A stretch of DNA of 64,000 bases, taken from positions 1,931 through 65,930 of the forward strand of contig CAWEXP010000009.1 of assembly GCA_963813065.1 (NCBI GenBank), given 5' to 3'. Made by a program: the position numbers and the translations under genes. Every line of letters begins with the position of its first letter. The first letter of the stretch is position 1. The stretch is from Candidatus Kaiserbacteria bacterium (lineage in GTDB: Bacteria > Patescibacteriota > Minisyncoccia > Phycocordibacterales > Phycocordibacteraceae). Of this stretch, positions 1 through 10,815 are shown piece by piece. The notes beneath the pieces were generated by a model. That model was not told the DNA's origin and did no database searches. It worked only from the letters and a program-made list of their open reading frames with translations.

Positions 1-210
1 GCCGGTCTTGGTGCGGCCGCGGCCGGGATCGAGCACGGGTAACGTGGTCTCGTCGGCGAACAGTTTTGGCCGCTCCTTGAGCTTGTCGAGCAGGCGTTGG
101 GTTTCCTCCCGGCGTGGACCGTCTGGTTTTGAGGACCTGATGCTCGGATAGATCGGGCATGAATGGCGCAATGATCGTGTCCATGTCAAATACAAGCGGA
201 CACTATCTGG

Positions 211-435
211 ATGTCGGGCGGCAAGGAGGATGATGGAGCGGCGCCCGGGCGCAGGCGTCGATCCTGGACCCTGGACGCGAAGCGTCGGATCGTTGACGAG
301 AGTTTGGTGGAAGGCGCATCGATCGCTGAGGTGGCTCGTCGGCACGAGCTCAACGCCAACCTGCTGTTCGCATGGCGGCGGAAAATGGGCTTTGTGGAGC
401 CGATCCGGAATAGCCGGCGCCGATCTTGCCAGTGA
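211..435 (+). CDS. tnpA: IS66 family accessory protein TnpA (orfA)
   Basis: 74 aa ...SWTLDAKRRIVDESLVEGASIAEVARRHELNANLLFAWRRK..., a typical IS66 OrfA HTH. Confidence 0.6.
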   Translation: MSGGKEDDGAAPGRRRRSWTLDAKRRIVDESLVEGASIAEVARRHELNANLLFAWRRKMGFVEPIRNSRRRSCQ

Positions 436-583
436 CCCTCATCGCCTATGGAGGCGTCAGAAGAATCCGGATCCAGGTCGGGCGGCCAGATTGAGATCGT
501 GCTCGCGAGGGTGATCGGATCATGGTGTGGTCGGACGTTGAGACAGCGGCGTTGTCGCGAGTTTTGAAGGCGCTGTCACGGCG

Positions 584-932
584 ATGATCCCAATTCCGAG
601 CGGCGTTAGGGTATGGATTGCGACTGGTCATACCGACATGCGGCGCGGCATGCAGGGTCTGGCGCTTCAGGTTCAGGAGAGTTCTAAACCGCGATCCCCA
701 TGCCGGCGATCTTTATATCTTCCGAGGTCGTCGCGGCGATCTCGCCAAGATCCTCTGGCACGACGGGATCGGGCTGTCGCTATACGCCAAACGACTGGAC
801 CGCGGAAAGTTCATCTGGCCGTCGGCATCAGGCGCCGCGGTGTCGATCTCGGCGGCGCAGATGGCGTACATGCTCGAAGGGATCGATTGGCGAAATCCGC
901 AACTGACGTGGCGGCCCAAGAGCGCGGGTTGA
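584..932 (+). pseudogene. tnpB: IS66 family TnpB (orfB), frameshifted
   Basis: The N-terminal part MIPIPSGVRVWIATGHTDMRRGMQGLALQVQE reads in the 584 frame. The remainder (...LYIFRGRRGDLAKILWHDGIGLSLYAKRLDRGKF...) reads in the 618 frame. A 1-nt frame change lies near 680-700. Confidence 0.55.
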
Positions 933-1002
933 TGAGCGCGGGCCGAACCGCAAAAATATTGGAGACAGTGCGCATTTTAGGACGCGCCAAATCGCGCGAT
1001 TT

Positions 1003-2473
1003 GTGATTCACTTCGACGCATGGATGCCGCTCGCGCCGTTCTTGCCGCAAGAAAACGCCGCCCTGAAAGCGGCGTTGACCGTTGCGCAGAACAAGGGCCT
1101 AAAGTCGGCGGAGCTGGCGGTCGCGCGCGCGAAGGCGTCAGAAGACATGGCGCTGATCGCGCAGCAGGAGCTTCGGATTGCGAAACTGGAGCGCCAGGTC
1201 TATGGGCAGCGCTCGGAACGCTCGGCGCGCCTGATCGATCAACTGGCGCTCAGCTTCGAAGATCTGGAAGCCAGCGCCACGGAAGACGAGCTGGCGGCAG
1301 AAAAGGCCGTCGCCAGCACGACCACGGTGGCCGGATTTACGCGCAAGCGTCCCGAGCGCAATACATTCCCCGACCATCTTCCCCGCGAGCGCGTGGTGAT
1401 CGATCCGCCGACGGCGTGTGCGTGCTGTGGCGGCAATCGTCTGCGCAAACTTGGCGAGGACGTGACGTGCACGCTGGAATCCATCCCCCGTCAGTGGAAG
1501 GTGGTCGAGACGGTTCGGGAGAAGTTCACCTGTCGGGATTGCGAGAAGATCTCGCAAGCACCGGCACCGTTCCATGTCATCGCGCGGGGCTGGGCGGGGG
1601 CAAGCCTGCTGGCGATGATTGTGTTCGAGAAATTTGGTCAGCACCAGCCTTTGAACCGTCAGGCCGAGCGTTATGCGCTGGAAGGCGTGCCAATCGCGCT
1701 GTCGACCATGGCCGACGCGGTGGGCTCGGTCTGTACGGCGCTCGATCCGCTCCTTCGCCTTGTGGAAACTCATGTGATGGCGGCCGAGCGCCTACATGGT
1801 GACGATACGACCGTGCCGGTTTTGGCTGAGGGCAAGACCGATACTGGGCGATGCTGGATCTATGTTCGAGACGACCAGCCCTTTGGCGGCGTCGGGCCGC
1901 CTGCGGCGATGTTCTACTACTCACGCGATCGCCGGGGCGAGCATCCGCAGGCGCATCTGGCCGGATATGCCGGCATCCTGCAGGCGGACGCCTATGACGG
2001 CTACAACAAGCTCTATCTGGCGGACCGCCGGCCCGGCCCGATCCGGGAGGCGGCGTGTTGGGTGCATGCGCGGCGACCATTCTTCGCCATGGCGGATCTT
2101 GAGGAGAACGCTCGCCGCAAAGCCGCAGGCAAGAAGGAAATCCCTCTATCGCCGATCGCGATCGAGGTCGTGCGCCGCATCGACGCGCTGTTCGAGATCG
2201 AGCGGTCCATCAACGGCAAGAGCGCCGAGGAGCGTATAGCGGTCCGACAAAACTTGAGCCGGCCGCTGGTTGATGATCTTCGGGTCTATATGCGTGAGCA
2301 GGCCGCCGGGCTCTCGCGCGGGCATGACCTGGTCAAGGCCATCAATTACATGCTCAAGCGTTGGCCGGCCTTCACCTTGTTCCTTGAAGATGGCCGCGTT
2401 TGTCTCTCAAACAACGCCGCCGAGCGAGGTCTGCGCGGCATCGCACTTGGGAAGAAAATCATGGCTGTTCTAA
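1003..2473 (+). pseudogene. tnpC: IS66 family transposase TnpC, 3' end disrupted
   Basis: Coiled-coil N-terminus, a CxxC...C zinc motif and a DDE core are typical of IS66 transposase. The conserved tail GRKSWLF-stop is found only in the +1 frame at 2452-2473. The in-frame continuation to 2760 is not transposase-like. Confidence 0.6.
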
Positions 2474-2740
2474 GTCTTCGTCAACGGGATTGTAGTCGTC
2501 TGGTCGAAGGAGTTTTACGACACCTTCACCGACAGCGATGCCCTTGGCGGGCCGATACACCTCGGTGCCTTCGCCGACAAGCTGCACGTACACCACTCGG
2601 ATCTTTTGCTGCGAAGTCTGTCATCGCGCGCTCCAACGGCAGGTCAAAGCATATCCCAGTCGCACTTCAGATTCACGATCACGCCGTCTCTCCATCGCAC
2701 GAATGCGACGCTGTCTTGCCAGCCACGTCATGCGGCGGGC

Positions 2741-2800
2741 AGGCCCGATCCCAAACCTAACCCCGATCCCAAACCCAAACCTAACCCACTCCTACCCGCG
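2741..2800 (+). repeat. short tandem repeat (CCCGATCCCAAACC(C/T)AA units; encodes PNPDPKPKPNP)
   Basis: Direct visual repeat at ccgatcccaaacctaaccccgatcccaaacccaaacctaaccc. Confidence 0.4.
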
Positions 2801-3445
2801 ATTGCCAATCACCGCCCACAGCCAAATCCACGGCAACAGCACGACGACGCGCCACTCGCGCGTGATCGCGTACATCGCACGGAAATCAGAAACACATAGC
2901 TTAGAAGAACAAGATGCGCGCTCTTGTCGACCATGATCTTCGCGCCGCCCCAGACCGCGAAGCCGACCGAGGCGAGTCCGAGAGACAATTGCAAGATTCG
3001 CCACGGGCGCGCGAGATACAGAGAGAGCATCGCCGTCGGCAAGAGCACCAACAAGAAGCCAATCACTCCGAGCACCAAGCGCTCCAACCCGATGAAGCCG
3101 GTGGCGCTTTGTTTGCAAGACCGGGAGTCGACGAATGGGCGGCTTCTTTTTTTGGCTCACAGGTTATTCGTTACGGGCAGGCGTATCGGCGGGGGATTCG
3201 AACGTGGGGGCAATGTTGAAACCGTTTGGGGATCGAGCGCTCCAAGCAGCGAGTGCGCGAGAGCCGATGTCACGCGAACAGGTACAATTTGGCCGAGATC
3301 AACGCGCGATAATCGCGCTCCAAAGGGGACATCAATATGCACGATCTCGTTTCGCTCGCTGCGGCCCATCACGCGGCTTGGGGTTCGCGATAGACGCACG
3401 CCGCCTGGGCGTGATTCGCCTTCGATCAACACATGCGCGCTACTG

Positions 3446-3724
3446 TCAACGAGCGACTGCAGATGCGCCCTCTGTTGTTTGTCGGAATGCTTCAAAAGGC
3501 TGTGCGAGCCGCGATTCTTTGATTTGTTCGGGCACGTTATCGGGCAGGTTCTGGGCGGGGGTTTGCGGGCGAACCGAGTACTTGAACCCAAAGAGCGCGC
3601 TGAATCCCGCTTCGGCGACCAACGAGAGTGTCTGCGCGAAGTCGTCGTCGGTCTCTCCCGAAAAGCCGACGATCACGTCGGTCGAAATCGTGATGTCAGG
3701 GCACGCCGTCTTGAGCGCGCGCAC
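3446..3724 (-). pseudogene. internal fragment of MiaB/RimO-like radical-SAM methylthiotransferase
   Basis: The 92-aa stretch ...TDVIVGFSGETDDDFAQTLSLVAEAGFSALFGFKYSVRPQTPA... matches the C-terminal half of MiaB-family enzymes. There is no N-terminal radical-SAM region. Confidence 0.5.
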
Positions 3725-3754
3725 TCCGTTTAAAATTGTTCGCGCGTGTAGCGA

Positions 3755-4150
3755 CGGATCATGCGACGTAAAATGGCGTTCGAACCCGATTGCACCGGCA
3801 GCTCAGAAATCGCCTTCAAGATCGCGGCATCAATGGCTTTCCAGGCGGCGGCCGAGCGCGCGAAGCCCGTTATCCTCGAGCCGATTATGAAGGTCGAGGT
3901 CGTCGCGCCGGACCAGTTCATGGGCGACATCACCGGCAACATCTCGGGCAAGCGCGGCGCCATCGAGAGCATCGAAGAGCGGGGCATGAACAAGGCGATT
4001 CACGCCAAGGTGCCACTCTCTGAAATGTTCGGCTACACCACCACGCTCCGTTCGATGACCGAGGGCCGCGGCTCGATGACGATGGAATTCGACCACTACG
4101 AGACTGTGCCAAACAATGTGGCGGCGGACATCATTGCTTCGCGCAAATAA
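3755..4150 (+). pseudogene. fusA: 3'-terminal fragment of elongation factor G (fusA), last ~130 aa only
   Basis: ...SSEIAFKIAASMAFQAAAERAKPVILEPIMKVEVVAPDQFMGDITGNISGKRG...VPLSEMFGYTTTLRSMTEGRGS... is the EF-G domain IV/V C-terminus. A stop lies immediately upstream at 3749. The miaB fragment abuts on the opposite strand. Confidence 0.65.
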
Positions 4151-4235
4151 CTCATAAAAAATCGAACGCACGCGCGCTTGCCGGGGGCAAGCGCGCGTGC
4201 TAGTTTCCAGAGCGGAACATCAGTGGAGAAGGTCA

Positions 4236-4720
4236 ATGAATAAAGCCGAGCCGATTGCCGCTCTTGCGAAAAAGTTCTTACAAGACAAAAGAGGAGAACC
4301 CTGTTTGCCGATGAAGGTAGTCGGGGATTCAGATTCGAAATGCCCCTTGCAGGAAAGCGTCGCGATTGTTGGTTCAACTACGATGGCTTCCAGCTTGTCC
4401 AGTTCAGCGCCGTTATCGGATCGGCACTGGTGAATCAAGCCGACTTCAACTTTAGAGAAGCTCTCGCCACTGCGGGCGAACGAGATCCTTTCTTCGGAAC
4501 ATTGGTGCTCATCAATGGCAATTTAACCCACGTCTTGAGCTACAAGTTTTCGCATCGCCATGAACATATCGACGAAGTGCTCAAAGCACTCCTCGATCAA
4601 GGAGCGTTCGAAGATCTCTATCGCCTCGACCTCATTCATCAACTATCGTTCAGGGGCGATGAACCATCGTACATTGTCCAGATGGATTTCCGTTTTGGAT
4701 ATCCTCAAGGGCATGCATGA
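4236..4720 (+). CDS. hypothetical protein, probable frameshift near 4380
   Basis: A GGAGAAGG Shine-Dalgarno precedes the ATG at 4236. The frame 4236-4433 and the frame 4340-4720 look like one gene split by a 1-nt indel. GC is lower than in neighbours. A terminator follows. Confidence 0.3.
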
Positions 4721-4729
4721 CCCTTTACT

Positions 4730-4761
4730 CTGCCGCCGGCGCAATGCCGGCGGTTTTTTTA
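4730..4761 (+). terminator. intrinsic terminator (GCCGCCGGCGCAATGCCGGCGG + T7)
   Basis: GC-rich hairpin followed by a T-run. Confidence 0.6.
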
Positions 4762-4783
4762 TTGCAGTTGTCCCCGCGGGGTA

Positions 4784-4812
4784 TTGCATGCGCACAACTT
4801 ATTCGCTATAGT
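4784..4812 (+). promoter_or_regulatory. candidate sigma70 promoter for tuf (TTGCAT-17-TATAGT)
   Basis: -35 and -10 hexamers with a 17-nt spacer, ~70 nt upstream of the tuf ATG. Confidence 0.45.
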
Positions 4813-4884
4813 GCCCCTAACGCATTATCGCGTGGCTCGACTCGCGTCGGGATTTATTCGTGTCTTTATCCTAAATTATTCACC

Positions 4885-6084
<1,200 letters not shown>

Positions 6085-6095
6085 GTCTCAACACA

Positions 6096-6133
6096 CAAAA
6101 TGCAAGACGCGCGCCCCGTTGCGGGGCGCGCGT
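6096..6133 (+). terminator. intrinsic terminator after tuf
   Basis: aagacgcgcgccccgttgcggggcgcgcgtctt followed by a T-run. Confidence 0.7.
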
Positions 6134-6177
6134 CTTGCATTTTTTAGCCCCCTAGTGCATACTCGTGGATACGTTCT

Positions 6178-6573
6178 ATGACAGCGGCACTTACAGAAAA
6201 ACCGAAGGCGAAGCGCGTGGCGAAACCACGCGTGGCTAAGGTTGCTACTGCCGCCGCTCTCCCCGAGGAGCACAAGCTCCGCATCCGCGTTCGCGCCTAC
6301 GAACACAAGATTCTCGACGTCTCGGTCAAGCAGATTATGGATACCGCCGCTCGCTTCGACGCGAAAGTCGTTGGCCCGGTGCCACTCCCGACCGAGATCA
6401 AGCGCTGGACCGTCAATCGCTCCACTTTCGTCCACAAGGACGCGCGCGAGCAGTTCGAGATGCGCATCCACAAGCGCCTTATCGATATTTTGAATCCCTC
6501 GCCGAAAGTTATCGAGGCACTCACTAATTTGAATCTTCCTTCCGGCGTCACGATTGATGTGAAGATGGTTTAA
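6178..6573 (+). CDS. rpsJ: 30S ribosomal protein S10 with ~29-aa basic N-terminal extension
   Basis: ...LRIRVRAYEHKILDVSVKQIMDTAARFDAKVVGPVPLPTEIKRWTVNRSTFVHKDAREQFEMRIHKRLIDI... Confidence 0.9.
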   Translation: MTAALTEKPKAKRVAKPRVAKVATAAALPEEHKLRIRVRAYEHKILDVSVKQIMDTAARFDAKVVGPVPLPTEIKRWTVNRSTFVHKDAREQFEMRIHKRLIDILNPSPKVIEALTNLNLPSGVTIDVKMV

Positions 6574-6593
6574 CCTGAGCGCAGTCGAAGGTT

Positions 6594-6622
6594 CGACAAA
6601 CCGCCCGCAAGGGCGGCTTTGC
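6594..6622 (+). terminator. intrinsic terminator directly after rpsJ
   Basis: aaaccgcccgcaagggcggctttgctattt. Confidence 0.55.
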
Positions 6623-6669
6623 TATTTCCGAAATAGAGCGTACTGTCTCGGCAGGGAAGAGAGGCACAT

Positions 6670-6921
6670 ATGTTCAAACAGCTACAGGCACTATGCCAGT
6701 ACATGGTACGTCGGTGGCGCGAAATGCGTCTCAGACAGCTCGAGAAACGCTTCCAACAGCTGGAGTGGGATTATAACCACTGGAGCTGGATGCGAGACGG
6801 ATCCGGCGCACTCATTGATTGTTGCGACGAGCGTCGAGAGGTTTACAGAAGGCGTGTTCGACTCAGCGACCTTCTCGGTCTGCCGGCACCCCAGCCGATC
6901 GATAATCCATGGGCATTTTAA
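6670..6921 (+). CDS. hypothetical small protein (Trp/Arg-rich), lower GC
   Basis: 83-aa ORF between rpsJ and rplC, followed by the hairpin aaccgggccctcgtggcccggtttt. Confidence 0.3.
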   Translation: MFKQLQALCQYMVRRWREMRLRQLEKRFQQLEWDYNHWSWMRDGSGALIDCCDERREVYRRRVRLSDLLGLPAPQPIDNPWAF

Positions 6922-6976
6922 ACAACCGGGCCCTCGTGGCCCGGTTTTCCATGCTCCCATGATATAATCACCCGCA

Positions 6977-7291
6977 ATGAAGAAGGTGAAACACGCGAAA
7001 AAATACGAGCCAACACTCACCGACGTGCTCGAGGCGGTGCAGGTTGGCTTTGGGAAACATGATGAACGATTTGATTCGATGGATAGACGATTCGATACTA
7101 TAGAACAACGGCTCGATAATCACGACAGATTGCTCAAGTCTCTCCACGGGGGCCAGGAAAATCTGAAAGAGCAGGTGCAGGATATCAACCATCGCCTAAT
7201 CAAGACCCAAAACCGCGTCGAAGATATTGCCGACATTCTCGAGGTTGACCACGAGCGCCGCATCACGCGGCTCGAGAAGGCCCGCGCTTGA
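6977..7291 (+). CDS. hypothetical coiled-coil protein (paralog of 12049..12426)
   Basis: 104 aa MKKV...EPTLTDVLEAV...FD.MDRRFDTIEQRLDNHDR...HERRITRLEK. It shares N-terminal and heptad-like motifs with the ORF at 12049. GC is ~49%. Confidence 0.5.
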   Translation: MKKVKHAKKYEPTLTDVLEAVQVGFGKHDERFDSMDRRFDTIEQRLDNHDRLLKSLHGGQENLKEQVQDINHRLIKTQNRVEDIADILEVDHERRITRLEKARA

Positions 7292-7439
7292 TTTCTGCTC
7301 CGTTTGCATCTTTTAAGGCCATCGTGTAGAGTGCCCTCATCGCTACGAACCCCATGAGACAGCGAAGCTGGCTTTTACGGGGGTCCTATGGCAGAGGGTT
7401 TTTCTAACCCCGCGCCATTTGGCGCGATTTGCTTAAAAA

Positions 7440-8054
7440 ATGAAATTCATCTTGGCTCGGAAGGCGAACATGACCCGTATCTACGGGGAGGATGGTCGTG
7501 CGCTCGCAGGCACCATCCTCGTCGCCGCGCCGCTGACCGTGACGCAGGTCAAGTCGGTCGAGGGCAAGGACGGCTATGCCGCGCTCCAGGTTGGCGAGGG
7601 GACTCGTAAGACCAAGAACATCGGCAAGGCGGTCTTGGGCCACACCAAGGGCAGAGGCTATGCGGCGATTCGCGAGTTCCGCTCTGATGCCTCCGCAGAG
7701 GTTGGGAGCGAGATCAGGGTCGACGCCTTTGCGGTCGGCGATGTGGTCGAGATTTCCGGCTTGTCCAAGGGCAAGGGCTTCGCGGGCGTGGTCAAGCGCC
7801 ACGGCTTCCACGGCGGTCCGCGTAGCCACGGCCAGAAGCACTCCGAGCGCGAGCCAGGTTCGATTGGTGGCTCGAGCGGTCGCGCCGGTGGTCGCGTCGC
7901 GAAGGGTATGCGCATGGCCGGCCGCCTTGGTTCTGATCGCGTCACCGTCAAAAATCTGAAAGTGCTTGCGGTCGATGCAAGCACGAACGAGATCGTCATC
8001 TCCGGCGCGGTGCCGGGCAAGCGCGGCACGCTCCTCGAGATTGTCTCAAAATAA
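7440..8054 (+). CDS. rplC: 50S ribosomal protein L3
   Basis: 204 aa, typical L3 (…GKGFAGVVKRHGF.GGP.SHG…). Confidence 0.9.
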   Translation: MKFILARKANMTRIYGEDGRALAGTILVAAPLTVTQVKSVEGKDGYAALQVGEGTRKTKNIGKAVLGHTKGRGYAAIREFRSDASAEVGSEIRVDAFAVGDVVEISGLSKGKGFAGVVKRHGFHGGPRSHGQKHSEREPGSIGGSSGRAGGRVAKGMRMAGRLGSDRVTVKNLKVLAVDASTNEIVISGAVPGKRGTLLEIVSK

Positions 8055-8064
8055 TTTTCATACT

Positions 8065-8829
8065 ATGGCCAATGCAAAGAAAAAATTGAATAAGAAGCTC
8101 CGCAGTCACGGGAAGCCGAAGTCCGTCGTGACGCCAGGCAAGGAAAAGGCCGCCGTTGCGGGCCCGATTGAACTCGCCGTCTACTCGATGGCAGGGAAGA
8201 AGATTTCGACCATGACTCTTCCCGAGAACCTTTTCGGTGCCAAGTGGCGCCCGGATCTCGTGCACCAAGTGACGACCGCGATGCAGGCCAACTTGCGCCA
8301 GAACCGCGCTCACACCAAGGATCGCGCCGAGGTGTCTGGCGGCGGCAAGAAGCCCTGGAAGCAGAAGGGTACCGGCCAGGCACGTCATGGTTCCTCGCGT
8401 AGCCCAATCTGGCGCCACGGCGGTGTCACTTTCGGTCCGCGCTCGGAGCGTGACTACAGCGAGAAGATTAATAAGAAGATGCGCAACCAGGCGCTCATCT
8501 CGGTACTCTCGCAGAAAGCGAAAGATGGTGAGTTGATTCTTATCGACTCCTTCTCCTTCGAGGCACCGAAGACGGCCCTCGCCATCAAGGCGCTTGGTGC
8601 CATCGCGAAGGCGACCTCGCCCTCCTTGGCGACCAAGCGCGTCAACGCGGCCCTCATCGCCCTCGCCTCGCACTCGGCGAACACCATCAAGTCGTTCCAG
8701 AATATCGGGAGCGTCGCGACCGAGGAGGCACGCAACTTGAATCCGGTCGAGATTCTTTCGCACCGCTATCTCATCATCGAGAACCCGGAAGTCTCGTTCG
8801 CGACACTCTCCGCTCGCCTTAAGAAATAA
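8065..8829 (+). CDS. rplD: 50S ribosomal protein L4 with lysine-rich N-terminal extension
   Basis: MANAKKKLNKK...GGGKKPWKQKGTGQARHGS...; ATG at 8065. Confidence 0.9.
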   Translation: MANAKKKLNKKLRSHGKPKSVVTPGKEKAAVAGPIELAVYSMAGKKISTMTLPENLFGAKWRPDLVHQVTTAMQANLRQNRAHTKDRAEVSGGGKKPWKQKGTGQARHGSSRSPIWRHGGVTFGPRSERDYSEKINKKMRNQALISVLSQKAKDGELILIDSFSFEAPKTALAIKALGAIAKATSPSLATKRVNAALIALASHSANTIKSFQNIGSVATEEARNLNPVEILSHRYLIIENPEVSFATLSARLKK

Positions 8830-8831
8830 GT

Positions 8832-9203
8832 ATGGCTATTTTCTCAACCAAAAAAGAGAGCAAGAAAAAGGAAGCGGCCAAGAAGCCGATTAAGAACGCG
8901 CTCGCGAACAAGCACGCGGCCGGTATCGCGCACGAGGTGATCCAGGCGCCGTGGTTCTCGGAGAAGGCGATTCTCGGCACCGAGAAGGGCGTCTACGTCT
9001 TCGCGATTCCGCGCACGGCGACCAAGGCTGATGTCGCGGGCGCCATCAAGGAGCTCTATAAGGTCTCGCCGCGCAAGATTAACATCGTGAACCTCCCCGG
9101 CGCCCGCGTTTCTCAGCGCCGCCGCGCGGGCCACGCGACGCGCGCACGCCGCCGCAAGGCCTATGTCTACCTGAACTCGGGCGACACCATCAATCTCGCC
9201 TAA
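8832..9203 (+). CDS. rplW: 50S ribosomal protein L23
   Basis: 123 aa, uL23 fold with a basic C-terminal tail. Confidence 0.85.
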   Translation: MAIFSTKKESKKKEAAKKPIKNALANKHAAGIAHEVIQAPWFSEKAILGTEKGVYVFAIPRTATKADVAGAIKELYKVSPRKINIVNLPGARVSQRRRAGHATRARRRKAYVYLNSGDTINLA

Positions 9204-9212
9204 TATTTACTT

Positions 9213-10064
9213 ATGAAATCTTATCGCCCCACCACCAAGAGTCGCCGTAGCATGACCACGCTTCCGTACCGAGAGCTCCTCTCGGGCGATGCGCCGCACA
9301 AGCCTCTCATGAAAGTGCAGAAGCGCGAGGGCGGACGCAACAACTTCGGTCGCATCACGACGCGTCACCAGGGCGGCGGGCACAAGCGCCGCTTCCGCGA
9401 CGTTGATTTCTCGTACGATAAGAAAAATATTCCGGCCAAGATCGAGACGATCGAATACGATCCGTTCCGTTCCGCCTTCATCGCACTGGCGCTCTACGCC
9501 GATGGCTCGCGCCGTTATCACCTCGTGCCCAAGGGGATGCAGGTGGGTGATCGCTTCACGGTTGGCGAGGACGCGCCGATTATTTCGGGCAATCGCGTTC
9601 CGCTCGGCAAGATCCCGGTCGGTACGTTCATCTACAACATCGAGCTCCGCCCCGGCGCGGGCGCCATCCTCGTCCGTTCGGCCGGCAATTTCGCTGAAGT
9701 GGTCGCGCACGATGCGGGCTACGCGCAGGTCAAGCTCCCCTCGACCGAGATTCGCCGCGTCAGCGACCTCTGCTGGGCTTCGATTGGTGCGGTTGGCAAT
9801 GAGGAATACAATCTCGTCGTCATCGGCAAGGCTGGTCGCTCGCGTTGGCTCGGCATCCGCCCGACGGTGCGCGGTACCGCGATGAACCCTGTCGACCATC
9901 CGCACGGCGGCGGCGAAGGACGCCAGGGTCGCGGCCTCAAGCGCGCCAAGAGCATGTGGGGCAAGCCGACGGGCAAGGGGCAGAAGACCCGCACACCGAA
10001 GAAGTACAGCAACGTCTTCATCGTCTCGCGCCGCAAGGTTGGGAAACGAAACAAGAAAGCGTAA
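9213..10064 (+). CDS. rplB: 50S ribosomal protein L2
   Basis: 283 aa, ...GRNNFGRITTRHQGGGHKRRFR...MNPVDHPHGGGEGR... Confidence 0.95.
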   Translation: MKSYRPTTKSRRSMTTLPYRELLSGDAPHKPLMKVQKREGGRNNFGRITTRHQGGGHKRRFRDVDFSYDKKNIPAKIETIEYDPFRSAFIALALYADGSRRYHLVPKGMQVGDRFTVGEDAPIISGNRVPLGKIPVGTFIYNIELRPGAGAILVRSAGNFAEVVAHDAGYAQVKLPSTEIRRVSDLCWASIGAVGNEEYNLVVIGKAGRSRWLGIRPTVRGTAMNPVDHPHGGGEGRQGRGLKRAKSMWGKPTGKGQKTRTPKKYSNVFIVSRRKVGKRNKKA

Positions 10065-10069
10065 TTTCA

Positions 10070-10110
10070 CAAGAAAACCCCCGCGCGCCGTCTCGGCGCG
10101 CGGGGGTTTT
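10070..10110 (+). terminator. intrinsic terminator after rplB (interrupts the S10 operon)
   Basis: aaaacccccgcgcgccgtctcggcgcgcgggggtttt. Confidence 0.7.
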
Positions 10111-10171
10111 CGTTGCAGTTCTTGCATTCTTGCGTTAGGCTCTCGCAAGATGAAGCCATAAGGAGGCCGCA

Positions 10172-10729
10172 ATGAGTGACCATAAAGAGCCTGTAAACCC
10201 AAACTTGGTGCAGGTAGAATTCATTCTTGTTGACATACCTGCCAAGACAGGAATCGAGTCCGATATCCAAACGCTTGCACTCGAGCTGGCCGGCAGGTTG
10301 CCGAAGCTCGTGGTGCGGTTCTTCGATGAGCGGGGACTGGTGACGAAGCTGGTGCAAGACTATGAAGCTACGCAGTCAGCCTACGGAGTGACCATAATCG
10401 AACTGGGGAAGATGAGTTTTGGTGGTCGATTTGCAGTCTCTGAGCAACGCGATGTCGCTCGTCTTTCGCGGAAAATGGACGCACTACGAGGCCAAGCGCG
10501 CTCACTCACAGTCGGCATGTTGAGTAGTGTCACGAAAGGGTCTCGCAGAATCGCCATCGAAGATTCGCCCGATCGACCTTTGCGCATGGCAGTCGAGGCC
10601 GAGTTCGACCACCTGGTCACCACGGCCAAGAAGGCAAAAGATGTGTTCATTTTCGTCTTCAAACCGAACGATCTTCTTTCCGAGAAGAACGAAGCTGTTG
10701 TCAGTATGGTATTTAAGCTCCAGCTGTAG
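10172..10729 (+). CDS. hypothetical protein (island gene, lower GC)
   Basis: An AGGAGG Shine-Dalgarno lies 6 nt upstream. 185 aa. The gene ends in TAG followed by the hairpin CCCCGCTCTGGCGGGGATTTTATTT. Confidence 0.5.
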   Translation: MSDHKEPVNPNLVQVEFILVDIPAKTGIESDIQTLALELAGRLPKLVVRFFDERGLVTKLVQDYEATQSAYGVTIIELGKMSFGGRFAVSEQRDVARLSRKMDALRGQARSLTVGMLSSVTKGSRRIAIEDSPDRPLRMAVEAEFDHLVTTAKKAKDVFIFVFKPNDLLSEKNEAVVSMVFKLQL

Positions 10730-10815
10730 CCCTCTCCCCGCTCTGGCGGGGATTTTATTTGCCTGTAACATGTCCTTGTGGTATAAGATGGCCAGAGCAA
10801 CCGAAGGAGAAACCA

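Larger units (their letters stand above)
150..2473 (+). mobile_element. IS66-family insertion sequence remnant (orfA-orfB-tnpC); right end degraded, left end not resolved
   Basis: Three consecutive ORFs match the IS66 TnpA/TnpB/TnpC organisation. TnpB is frameshifted. TnpC loses its canonical ...GRKSWLF... C-terminal frame near 2455-2473. Confidence 0.55.

Noticed and set aside
1003-2760. Treating the full 585-aa ORF as an intact IS66 transposase
   Set aside because: Homology to TnpC stops near 2450. The conserved C-terminal GRKSWLF-stop is in the adjacent frame. The in-frame tail (2470-2760) is unrelated and overlaps a minus-strand remnant.
2741-2800. CRISPR-like short repeats
   Set aside because: Only ~2.5 contiguous tandem units of a 17-18-nt motif with no spacers. 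It is a low-complexity tandem repeat, not a CRISPR array.
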